DNA of 64,000 nucleotides from an uncultured Planctomycetota bacterium (GTDB lineage Bacteria; Planctomycetota; Planctomycetia; Isosphaerales; Isosphaeraceae), in the NCBI GenBank assembly GCA_963823665.1, contig CAWGMQ010000010.1:992001-1056000 (forward strand), in the 5' to 3' direction. Below, piece after piece: positions 1 through 13,800 of the stretch; position 1 is the stretch's first letter; each line of letters starts with the position of its first letter. The translations under genes were made by a program, and so were the position numbers. The notes beneath the pieces are model-generated. The model ran no database searches. It had not been told where the DNA came from and saw only the letters and a list, made by a program, of their open reading frames with translations.

Positions 1-36
1 GAACGGCCTACTACGAGCGAAGCGAGGTTCTTGCCG

Positions 37-2734
<2,698 letters not shown>

Positions 2735-2764
2735 TCGAAGTCGCTCCGTTTTTGGTTCTGGCCC

Positions 2765-2793
2765 TTTATCTTTTGACTTGAACCTTCTATACT
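2765..2793 (+). promoter_or_regulatory. Candidate sigma70-type promoter upstream of deaD
   Basis: TTTATC-17 nt-TATACT in an AT-rich patch about 250 nt before the helicase start; the -35 match is weak. Confidence 0.35.
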
Positions 2794-3046
2794 TGTTTTC
2801 ACGAGTCCGGATGTCATTGGGGCCAGCTTCTAATTGCCCCGCTCGTGGGCCTTGGCCTCATCCGTCTGCGGTTTCTCGTTCTGACCAGTACGATCAACCC
2901 GTGTATGGGTTTTGTGGGCTTCGCCTCGAAACGACGTCCGCCGAGTTACGGCGGAGTGAATGCGGGCGCATGGCTGCGCCGATCGCTCGCCGAACTCTGT
3001 CGAGAGGCAGACCACTATTCGTTTCCTGGTCGCAGGTACACGCTGA

Positions 3047-5019
3047 ATGTCCCGTACATTGTCCGAGCCGAAATCCGAAGCACGTTTTGAAGACTTGAAC
3101 CTGAGCGGTCCGATCATCGAGGCGATCAAAAGCGCCGGCTACGAGACGGCGACGCCAATTCAGGCCCGAGCGATCCCAGTTTTGCTTGCCGGGCGAGATC
3201 TGCTCGGCCAGGCGCAGACCGGTACCGGGAAGACCGCTGCGTTCGCTTTCCCGATGCTCCAGAAGATTGATCTGGATCAAGCGATACCGCAGGTACTCGT
3301 CCTCACGCCGACCCGCGAGCTGGCGATCCAGGTTGCGGATGCATTCCGGCGCTATGCGGCAAACCTGGTGGGATTGCGGGTTGTACCGATCTATGGCGGC
3401 CAGGATTACCGACTTCAGTTCCGGCAGCTCGATCGTGGCGTTCATGTCGTGGTTGGTACTCCGGGCCGGGTCATGGACCACATGAATCGCGGCTCGCTCA
3501 AGCTGGACGGCCTGCGCGGGCTGGTTCTGGATGAAGCGGACGAGATGCTTCAAATGGGCTTCGCAGAAGACGTGGAGTGGGTGCTCTCCCGGGCTCCCGC
3601 ACAGCGTCAGGTCGCCCTTTTCTCGGCCACGATGCCGGATCCCATCCGCCGCCTGGCCAAGCGCCATTTGCGAAATCCCGCCGAGATCACGATCACGCAG
3701 AAGTCTGCCACGCCCGACGCCTTGCGCCAACGATTTGTGGCGGTCGAGCCACACCAGAAGAGAGACGTCCTCGCCAGAATCCTCAAGAGCGAGCCGATCG
3801 ACGCGGTGCTCGTATTCGTGAACACGAAGGGCGCAACGGAACCGCTGGCAGACTATCTGTCGGTCCAGGGGCACCGCGCGGCCGCGTTGAGCGGTGACGT
3901 GCCGCAGAGCGGGCGAGAGCGAATCGTCGAAGCGCTTCGCGCCGGTAAGCTCGACGTGATCGTCGCCACCGACGTCGCGGCCCGCGGGTTGGACGTTCAG
4001 CGAATCAGCCACGTCATCAATTTCGATCTTCCGCTGGACACCGAGAGCTACATCCACCGCATCGGGCGAACCGGGCGCGCCAGCCGCACTGGTAATGCGA
4101 TTTTGTTTGTCCACCCGCGCGGGCGGCACATGCTGAGGCGCATCGAGCAGGCGACCGCGCGCTCGATCGGGCCAATGGAAATTCCGACGATCGAGGACAT
4201 CAACCGGCAGACGATCGCACGTTTTCACGATCGGATCACGGCCGGCCTGGCGCGAACTGACCTCGCGGATTTCTCAAACGTGGTGGAGAGCTATCACCGA
4301 GAGCACGGTGCGCCGATCGAACGCATCGCAGCGGTGCTGGCGGCCCTCGCCCAGGGCGATTCGCCGCTACTACTCTCCGAAGAGCGGCCAGAGCCTGGCT
4401 TCGACGAGAATTGCGATCTTGATCCTCGTCGCTCGAATTCGCACGCGGGCATTTCTGGCGAACACCGGCGAGCGGGCAAGGACGGCACGGCGCTCGGCGA
4501 ACAAACAATACGCGCGGGTCAGAGCCAACGGAAAAGTACCGGATCGAGGTCGGCCACGTCCACAACGTCAAGCCGACCAATATCGTCGGCGCGATTGCCA
4601 ATGAGACCGGCCTCCACAGTCGCTTCATCGGGCGGATCGAGATCTTCGATGCGCACAGCACGGTCGACCTGCTGACGGGCATGCCGCCGGCGATGTTTCA
4701 AAAGCTCAAAAACGTCAAGATTTCAGGGCGAAGGCTTGACATCTCGCGAGTGGATCATCCGTCCGATTCCCAAGAGCGGCCCGGGCCCGAAGTCAGTGAT
4801 GTGGCTGCTTCCGCTGAATTGCCCGTCCAAAAAACAATCGATGCGCGGCCGGCGGACGAGCGACCTTTCCAGAAGAATCATCGCATGCGTACGTCGAGCG
4901 AGATTGGGACAGCGAGCCGGAATTTCAGACGCAAGCCGAAATCGGGCGCAGTCCACTCGTTCGGAAAGAAAACCACGAAAAGACGGAAGGTGAAGCTCGG
5001 CTTGCGGAGCTCGAGATAA
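3047..5019 (+). CDS. deaD: DEAD-box RNA helicase DeaD/CsdA with DbpA-type RNA-binding domain (frameshift near 4450-4530)
   Basis: Motifs TPIQ, AQTGTGKT, PTRELAIQV, TPGR, DEAD, SAT, ARGLD and HRIGRTGRA. The alternative frame from ~4530 reads EKYRIEVGHVHNVKPTNIVGAIANE (DbpA domain) and joins ORF 4681..5019, which has a basic tail. Confidence 0.9.
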
Positions 5020-5111
5020 CTTCCGGCGACGGCACGGCGAGTGACTACATTTCTCCCGATCCTGCGCCAGGCTCGCACTCAGCGGAGGAGTGGTGTGGGG
5101 GGGAGGAGCGA

Positions 5112-6768
5112 TCAATCGGAGAGCGTAACCGGTTCGGTCGGTTCGCTCCACGGCCCGAGCACCTCTCGCCGCTGGCCGGCTCGATCCGAGCTGTCGATCA
5201 CGACTCGCAGGCGGTAACGGTAGCTTACCCCACGCTCCACGGTGAAATCGACGGACCGCACCATGATCTCGGGCGCACTCGATCGGCGGGATTGGCCTTC
5301 GTCCGCCGAAACCCTTTGCAACCGGGGGCGGCGGATCCGCTTCTTGTTTGCTTGAACGCAGCCTTTCGACGTCGGCCCCAGCCCAGCGACCGTCCTTGAG
5401 AAACGGCAGCGGATCAGCCAGCGCTGCACGTCGAAGCTGCTCGGGGATCAGGTCTTCCGACTCCACTTCCGGCAAGTTGCCGAGAATGCGGTCGTTTTTC
5501 ACGTGGTCCACGTCGGCCCATGCGGACCAGTCGGCACCATCACGGCGTTCCTGCCGCTGAACGTCGAGCCTTCTGTAATCCGGTTGAACCTTGGCGGGAG
5601 CTGCGCTTTTATTCGCGGCGAAAGCGGCGGCGAGCCCGAGGCTCTTCCGGATCGCGTCATGATCCAGCGCGCCGATGACAACCGCCCATCGATGCTCTTC
5701 GAGCTTCTCCGCGTATTCGCCATTCGCTTGGATTCGCCTGCCGCTCTCATCGAGGGCGAACGCCAGGAACTTGCCGTGGCCGGCGCTGGCTTTCACATCA
5801 CTTGGGGCGGCCAGTTTCAAGCGATACGGTTCAGCACCGCGACCGCTTTCCGTCTTCTGGTCAACCGGTTTCACTTGTGCCGTCGGTGCTTGGCCCGAAT
5901 GGGCCTGGCTTGCGCGGAACGCACCCGCCACGCAGAGTACTGCAATCAAAAACGTAGGCAATACGATGATCGTGAGCCGCACCGCAAACATCGCGTTCAG
6001 GACCTGGGCAGCCAATGAGGCGATGGTCATTGTTGTTGCCCTCCCGCTCGGCGTGGTTTGTGTCACAAGTTCGATCGTCGACCGAATGAGCGCCGCTGGC
6101 ACGACTGGCTCGGCTTTGGCGCAAGGCCGCTTCGGCCATCACGAAGGCACCCGGCACGATGCCTCGTCTCTTCAGGCGGCGCCGCAACAGTTCCCGGCCG
6201 CGTGCCAGCCGGCTTTGCACGGTCCCGATGCGCCAGTTCAAACGTTCGGCCGCCTGTCGATGGGTCAAACCGTCGACCAGGCAAAGCGTGACCGCGATCC
6301 GATAACGGTGCGGAATGCGCTTGACCTCGTCCTCGAGGATCTGAGCGAGGTCGCGCTGTCGTACCGTTGTGTACGAGATCTGGAGAGCTTCATTCGACAC
6401 GGCGAGCTCATGCCGGCGGCGCCGACGAGCGGCCCCCCTTGCGCAAGCGGCCGTCCGGCGAGCGACCTCGTGCAGCCAGGGGCAGAGGGAGTCGCGAATG
6501 TTCAGCGCACGGCGCGGGTTGCGAGAACCAAGAAAGTCGCCTGGAACGCGTCGTCTGCATCGTTCGAATCATCAAGAATCGACCGGCAGATCTGGTGCAC
6601 CATCGAGCCGTGCCTGGCGACCAGGACTTCAAAGGCGAGCTGAGCTTCCTCGCCGGCGCGCTCGACAAACCGTTCAAGCAGTTGGCGGTCCGTGAGCCCG
6701 CCGATCGCTCCGATCTCGAATAGCGATTGGAAGTACGGGAACGCAGCGACAGTTGCCTTGTGCGCCAT
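5112..6768 (-). CDS. ECF sigma factor with TM helix and C-terminal extracytoplasmic extension (about 3 frameshifts: ~6505, ~6125, ~5285)
   Basis: ORF 6502..6768 LTDRQLLERF..RHGSMV..DADDAFQATFLVL (sigma2); ORF 5861..6400 GLTHRQAAERLNWRIGTVQSRLARGR (sigma4); ORFs 4723..6102 and 5112..5429 give a hydrophobic helix and the C-terminal part (..DFTVERGVSYRYRLRVV..GPWSEPT). GGAGAGG RBS upstream. Confidence 0.8.
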
Positions 6769-7072
6769 GGGTCTCGTCCTCTCCAGCCGAGTCTCGTTGC
6801 TGCTTTCCCTTAATGTTACCGGAAGTGAAACCTAGTCCGAGTTTTTTTCTGCGGGCACCAGAATTTCAGTTATTACCTGACGTCAGAACGAAATTCCTAC
6901 AGATTCCGCGGTCGTTTCTTGCCGATAATACCATCAAGTCCGGTCCTGGGGATCGTCGAGCAATGCCGTGCATCGAGACTTCCGGAAGTCAGCTCGTGCC
7001 TTGTTCTCCGGACGACTTCCGCTCGCGCGTTCCGAGTGCTTCCCCGAACAACTGTGGGGACGATTGCAAGCC

Positions 7073-7336
7073 ATGAGCATGAAAACGCATCGCGCTCGTA
7101 CCAAGCTCCAGGTGCTCAGCGGGTTTCTCGCCGTGTTGGTGACCGGCTGCCAATCGGACGGATATCAGCCCTTCCTGGCGACCCAGGCGGCAATCGGTTC
7201 GTTGGTCGGGTCGCACTGCGGGCTTACGATCATCAACTTCGAGGTGAAAGACGTTCAAGATCAGCCGGAGGCTGACCAGGTGGATACGACCCGCGACTCA
7301 ACGCAAACCGCTCCGCGATCGAACACCAGCCGATAG
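7073..7336 (+). CDS. Small putative lipoprotein
   Basis: Basic N-terminus, hydrophobic stretch and LVTG-C lipobox; 87 aa. Confidence 0.5.
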   Translation: MSMKTHRARTKLQVLSGFLAVLVTGCQSDGYQPFLATQAAIGSLVGSHCGLTIINFEVKDVQDQPEADQVDTTRDSTQTAPRSNTSR

Positions 7337-7354
7337 TGGCGACCCTCGTACGGC

Positions 7355-7852
7355 TCATCCCCACTCCCGCAAATCACCGCCGAGCGAGGCTATGTACCCC
7401 GGAATTGTCTTTCGCGCACTGCGGACCGTCATCGTCTTGGCCACGAAAATGCAGACAGAGCCAGCCACGTAGACTAATACGAAGGCAGCCGCGGCAAGTT
7501 TTCCGCCTGCATCGCGGGCATGGAGCACCAGCCCCGCCGCGGCCATTGCCGCAAACGTTGCCGTGTATCCGGCGTAGATCACGAATCGGTGTATCCAGCG
7601 CGTGAGCCGGCGGTTGAGGTTTCGCAGCGCGACGACACCGCATCCACAAGCACCGCATGCGAAAAGGAACGCCCAGTTTCCGACTCCGCCGAGCTCATTG
7701 GCGAGTACGACCTCGAGCACTCCAAGAACCGCAGCACCGCTGGCCAGTATCATCAGCCACTTCGCAACCGCGGCCCACCGCGAAAGGGTGACGATCGCCG
7801 CGACGGAGAACAGAATTGCAAGCACCTGCAGGATGGTGGCAATTTGGAGCAT
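7355..7852 (-). CDS. Hypothetical integral membrane protein (~5 TM)
   Basis: MLQIATILQVLAILF... with several long hydrophobic segments. Confidence 0.65.
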   Translation of the reverse strand: MLQIATILQVLAILFSVAAIVTLSRWAAVAKWLMILASGAAVLGVLEVVLANELGGVGNWAFLFACGACGCGVVALRNLNRRLTRWIHRFVIYAGYTATFAAMAAAGLVLHARDAGGKLAAAAFVLVYVAGSVCIFVAKTMTVRSARKTIPGYIASLGGDLREWG

Positions 7853-8342
7853 GGTCGAGCCGCCCCGCGCGGTCGTGTGTTGTAGCAATTCGATTCGCAA
7901 ACCGATCGGGCGTTCGCCTCACTTGCGGATCGGGACACCTCAGCAACACGCGCCGCGCGTACGTATCAGGATACCCCAAATCGGCAGCGGCATCCCGTTC
8001 CTTTCCCGGCCGGGAGCCGTGCCGTTGCATCAAAACGCTTGTGCTGAACGTACGTGCTCGTTCAAAGCACGGCACAGCCCGAACGGTTCCACGCCCGTTC
8101 ACCGATCGCGGGGCGACCGCTCCCTCTTCACAAGGTTTTACGCTTTGAACGGCGCCCTATATCAATACGCTTCTCTGGATTGATCTCAAATCGGTTGAGA
8201 ATTCCAGGGCCAGAGCCAGCACTCCCGACGCATCAATCACCTAGGCAATTAGTTGTTGCGATCATCGATCGGCGCGGCAACCGCCGAATCGGCCGATGGT
8301 GCTGCGCACCTTCGGTTTGACGTGTTCCGTTTGCGCGAAGGG

Positions 8343-10769
8343 GTGAGGCATGCGAGCGCCCGTTCGGGTTTGCGCGGTCGCGCGTGCTGCGGCTTGATCG
8401 CCGTGGGTGCGGTGACGTGGATCACCCAACCTATTGGATCGCTCGGAGTTCGCCGTGCTTCAGCCCATGCAGTGGGTGTTGACGGCGGTGCACGAAAGCC
8501 TGGCTTGAGGCATGCCTATCCGAACCCGGGGCTGGCAACGTTCTCGGACCCGAATGCTCGCGTAGGATCGACCGACCGAGTGTTCCTCGATCCGTTCGCG
8601 TTCGATGGAAGCGTGTTCAGTGCGACAACAATTCTTGCGGACGAGAATCGCGACGTGGGGTCGCTCAAGGAGTATCGCGAGGTCATCGCCGCGCCCCGCG
8701 GCGGGCTCGGGCGAATCTCGAGGCGCGGCTTGCGCGTCTCGAGCTCGGCGATCATCCGACATTGAATCAGGCCGGCGAGGCGATTGCGCTCTATCGTGAT
8801 TTCGCCTTCGTTGCACTTTACGAGGGCGACCACGAGCGCACGGGTTCGTGGCTCTCAAAGGCGTTCGAGCTGGCACGAACGCAAGGAATGCCGGCGGAGA
8901 TCAGGGCCAACATGATGGCCCTGCTCGGCATCAACGCGCTGCGCCGGGGCGAAGAAGACAATTGCATCGGCTGCGTCGGTCCCTCGAGCTGCATCTTTCC
9001 GATTAGGCAGGATGCCCGTCATACAGAGCCCGCGGGCTCGCAAGAAGCCGAGCGCTGGTTCACCGCTTATCTTGACGAGTGGCCCGGTGATCTGCGCATC
9101 CGCTGGTTGCTGAACATTGCCGCAATGACGCTGGGCGAGCACCCCGCCAAAGTTCAGCCACGATACTTGATCCCCGCTTCGTCTGCCGGCTCCAAGCTGA
9201 ATCCGGGCCGTTTCGAGAACGTTGCCGCGCGTCGGCGTGATATCCCGCGGGCCGGACTTGGCCGGCGGCTGCATCTTTGACGACTTCACCGGCGACGGCC
9301 GGCCTGATCTTTTCACGACCACGTTTGACGTGAGTCACGGCGCGTCATTTTTCATCAACCGCGGCGACGGGACGTTTGAAGACCGATCCGAGGCGTTCGG
9401 GCTTGCCGAGCAGGTTTATGCCCTCAACACGGTGCGCACGGACTACGATAATGACGGCTGGCCCGACTTGTTGCTGCTGCGGGGTGCCTGGGAGAGGCCG
9501 GCCCGCATGTCGCTGCTGCACAACAAGAAGGGCGAGGCGTTCGAGGATGTAACCGATCAATGCGGCCTTGGCGAACTGATTGCTACAGAGTCAGCCACGT
9601 GGGGTGACTACGACAATGACGGCCGCCTCGATCTGTTCGTCTGCGGAGAATACCTACCGCAGCCCGCTGGCCGAGCAGGCGGGATGGGCGACCCCGATCC
9701 GCGAAACCGCTGCCGGCTTTACCATAACGAGGGCAACGGTAAGTTCGTCGATGTCGCTCTTCGGGCCGGCGTGGTCAACGAGCGCTGGGCCAAGGGTGCA
9801 TGCTGGGGCGATTACGATAACGACGGTCAGATCGACCTCTTCGTCTCGAACATGGATGGCCCTCCTCGTTTGTACTGGAACAAGGGCGACGGCAGATTCG
9901 TGGATGTAGCCCCGTCGCTCCGTATCGACGGACCTCCGCATGGCTTCACGTGCATGTTCTGGGATTATGACGACGACGGCTGGCTCGACCTCTTCGTAGC
10001 CGACTATGGCAGTAGTCTCGCCGAGGTCGTCGCCGATAGATTGGGTTTGCTTGCATACTCCGAGAACCACGCGCACGTCTATCACAATCTTGGTGCGAAG
10101 GGCTTCGAGGAAGTGAGCCGCCGGTTGGGACTGGCTCGGCCAATGCCGACGATGTCCGTCAATGCCGGCGACATCGATAACGATGGCCGCCTTGACCTTT
10201 ATGTCGGTACCGGGTGGATGAACCTGTCTGGCCTGGTTCCGAACACAATGTATTTGAACGCGGGTGACCACTTCGAGGACGTGACGGAGCCGAGTGGCAC
10301 CGGGCACTTGCAAAAGGGGCACGGTGTTTCGTTTGCCGACTGGGATTCTGATGGTGATCTCGACCTGTTTGTAGTGCTGGGCGGCGGATATCCCGGTGAT
10401 CGCGGATGCAATGCCTTGTTTCAAAACCCGGGGAATAAGCGACGCTCGATCCGGATCAAGCTGGTCGGAACTCGGACGAACCGCTCCGCACTCGGGGCCA
10501 AAATTGTTGTCGAGGTCACGGACGCCAGTGGAGATCGACGATCGATTCATCGGGTGGTCGGTAACAACGGCAGCTTTGGAGGCAACAGTCTCGTTGAGCT
10601 GGTCGGGCTCGGTGACGCGAACGTGATCGACACGCTGACCGTGAGCTGGCCGACGAGCCGAAGGACGCAGACTTTTCACGACGTGGCGGTCGATCAGGCA
10701 GTCGAGATCACGGAGGGATCCGAAGCGTTTCAAGTAATGCAAAACCAGCCGATCGTGCTCGCTCGATGA
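8343..10769 (+). CDS. CRTAC1-like FG-GAP/VCBS repeat protein with C-terminal ASPIC/UnbV domain (frameshifts ~8700-8760 and ~9228)
   Basis: Repeated DYDNDGxxDLFV motifs; GHLQKGHGVSFADWDSDGDLD; C-terminal GTRTNRSALGAKI..GGNSL..GLG..VSWP. Joins ORFs 8253..8765, 8762..9280 and 9222..10769. Start position is uncertain. Confidence 0.85.
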
Positions 10770-10812
10770 GGATTCGCGGCGACTCGCGGCGAAGGTGCCG
10801 GTTCGATTGACG

Positions 10813-13800
10813 TCAACTGGTCCTTGACGCGCCCTCACGCGGCATGAGCCGCTCGAGGCGAGCGAGCACCTCGTCCGGTTTGTGATACCAATCTTTCGTG
10901 AGCACCAGCGCAACACGCCAGCCGAATGCGCGGAGGATCGAAGGCTGCATCAGGTAACGATCCAGCAAGCTTCCGTTCCGGTAGTGCGCCTGCGTGTCCA
11001 CGAGAATGCCCAGTTGATATTCGCTTGCATGCTGGTTTCCCACGGCGAGATCGCATCGAAACCGCGATTGCCCGAGGTCACGGTCCACTGCATATCCGCG
11101 CGATTCGAGCGCGATAGCGAGCGCTGCCACGACGGCGTCGCCGGTGTTGACGGGTGCGAGCGCCTTCCGCGCGAGCGGATTCAGTTTCTCGAGAACTCTT
11201 CGTGCCTGGGCGATATCCCCGTTCGAGGTGGCCTCGGCGTATTGCAGGAAGTTCTTGAGAGCGTTCGCGCCGTCATTGTGGTCGTTGGTGATCTGATCGT
11301 GGCGGATCGAGCTGACGACGACCATATGATGCCGGGTGCGCGAGAAGATGACGTTCAGCCTTTTTTCGCCGCCGCGCTGATTGATCGGACCGAAGTTCAT
11401 CAGCATCCTGCCGGCCGGGTCGCGAGCGTAGCATACGCTCATGATGATGATGTCACGCTCGTCCCCCTGCACGTTTTCGAGGTTCTTGACGAACAGCCCG
11501 CAGTACTGATCATTCTCCTCCCGTTCGTATTCGGCTTCCAGTCGCGCCGCGAACTCGCTGTCTTCCGAGCCGAGCCCGACAAGTGCGTCCTCGATCTCCC
11601 GTTGTTGGGCCTCTGAGAATGCGACCACGCCGATACTCAAGCCGGTCTCCCGAGCGAGTAACGCCCGGACGAGCTGCGCGACGTGGGCCGCCTCAGCGAG
11701 ATTCCTCCGATTCTCGTATACTCCGCTCTCGATAAAGTTAAAACTGATGCTGCGGCCCAGGAGGGCATCGAGGCCCGCGTCTGACAGTTGATTGTCGGTC
11801 GCGCCGAGCCCGGCTTGATCGCTCCTCGATCGCCTTTGATCGGGTATCGTGAAGAGGTTGCCGCCGTAGAACGCCGCGTTCGAGAAGCTGATGAGCGATT
11901 CATAACGGCTGCGGTAATGCCAGGCAAGCAGAGTCGACGGAAGGTTTGCAGCCGATTGGCTGAGGAAGCTTTCCGAACCCAGATCGATCTCGATTCGCTC
12001 GCCTTCTTCCTCGACGAGCACGGTGTCGTCGTCGCCACCACGCGCCGTGGTGAAGAACCGAGTCGGAGGCAACTGCATCTCGTCACCCACGACGATGACC
12101 TGATGCGAGCGATAGAGCGCGGGGATGGCTTCTTCGAGCGGAATTTGACTGGCCTCGTCAAAGATCACCACGTCAAACGAGCCAGGGTCGAGCGGAAGTG
12201 CGTCGGAAACGCTCAGGGGACTCATGAGCCAGATCGGCTTCAAGTCCTGGACGACCGCCCCCGCGCCGTTTGCTGCCAGGTCGCGAATCGACTTGTACCG
12301 CATCGTCTTCCCGAACTCATGCTCGAGCTCACGCCGGCCGGCTGCGTAGGTCTTCTTGAACGCCTTCTGCTCGGCATCGAGCTGCGACGCCGGCATGGAT
12401 GAGATGCTCATGTGATCCAGAAACTTGCGGCGTACGGCCGCGCGAATACACTGGCTGTTCTGCGCCAGCCATTCGCAGTAATCCGTCTCCAGTTGTTCCA
12501 TCTTTCGCTCGAGCATGCGACCATCGAAACGGGCGAGGCCACGGTCCTGGCGATAGACCCAGTTGAGGCTCTTCTGAGCGACGGCGCCTTCGAATTCATC
12601 GAGCGGAACGCGGGCATGCCGAAGTGCATGGCTGAACGATTCGGGCAGGCTTGTGATTTCGCCGAGCAGCGGCAACAATTCGCTGAGCATTCCGGTCTGC
12701 TCGCGCAATTGACGAAGGGTGCTGCTGAGTTCGTGAAGACTGAACTGGCGATGCTCCGCGAGCAGGAACTGAAGGGCTCGATCGAGCTCGAAGAATGTCC
12801 CGTGGATCTCGCCGAGGCTCTCGAGGATCGGCCGGGCATCGTCTGGGCGGCTCTGATGCCGGATCACGGCCTTGACCGACGGATGCGCAAGAAGAGGGTC
12901 CTTCCTGAGCTCGAAGACCAGGTTGCAGAATCCTCGGGCGTCGTCCGTATGCCACTGTCTGCTCGCCTGTTCGCGCGCTGCGGCCACGGCCGCCTGAGCT
13001 TCGTGCTGGAGAGAGAGATCGCTCAGGATCTTGGCCAGAGTGGGCGCGACGGCGTGGCGGGCGAAGTCGTAACGGGCTCGCAACGTGTTTCTGAGCCGCC
13101 AGTAGCTCGGTCGCAGGATGCGCAGGACCGACTTCTCGAGGGAGCGGGCCTGTTCGATCGCGTTTTGTGTGTCATCAGGCGAAAGTGGGTCGTGCCAGGG
13201 CGCTGCCCGCTCCTGCGCCGCGATCAAGGCGAGGCTCGTTTCCGCGAGCCGTTCTGCCAGCGTGTTGAACGCGCTGGCGCCCTGGCCCTTCGAGAGTGCG
13301 CCGAGCTGATTGGCTTCCGCGAGCGGCGCGGCGCGCTCTGCGAATTGCAGCAAGGCATGAACCTGATCGAATGTCTCGCGATGCTCCAGCGCCAAACCCG
13401 ATGTTTGAAGTGCAGCGTCGATCGCGTCCAGCAATGTCTCGGCCTGGTCAATCCCCCGGCCGAAAGCCTCCAGCGGCCGATCGGATTCGAGCACACCTTT
13501 GCCTAGCCAGCGCAGCGGGTGGTTCGCAAAACACAGGTCCTCGCCGAGGTATCCCAGTGCTGCACGCAGCCGGTTCACGGTGTCGCCGTGCCGCTCCCAG
13601 AGCGCGTAGTCTGGCAGCGAGTCTTCCACTTCCGGCGGCCGTTCGCGCGCCGTTCCACAAGTTTCGACCAGACGATGGAGCAGGCTCCTGAGCGAAACGC
13701 CGGTTTTCTCATGCGCTTGCTGCATCGCGTCGGAAAAGCCGCGCAGGCTTTCCAGATCCGTTTCCACCGCACGCAGCGCTTTCGATCGTGCTTTGTCGAC

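Noticed and set aside
4440..4540. Programmed ribosomal frameshift in deaD or other split genes
   Set aside because: No convincing slippery heptamer with a stimulatory structure; similar breaks occur in many unrelated genes, favouring sequencing error.
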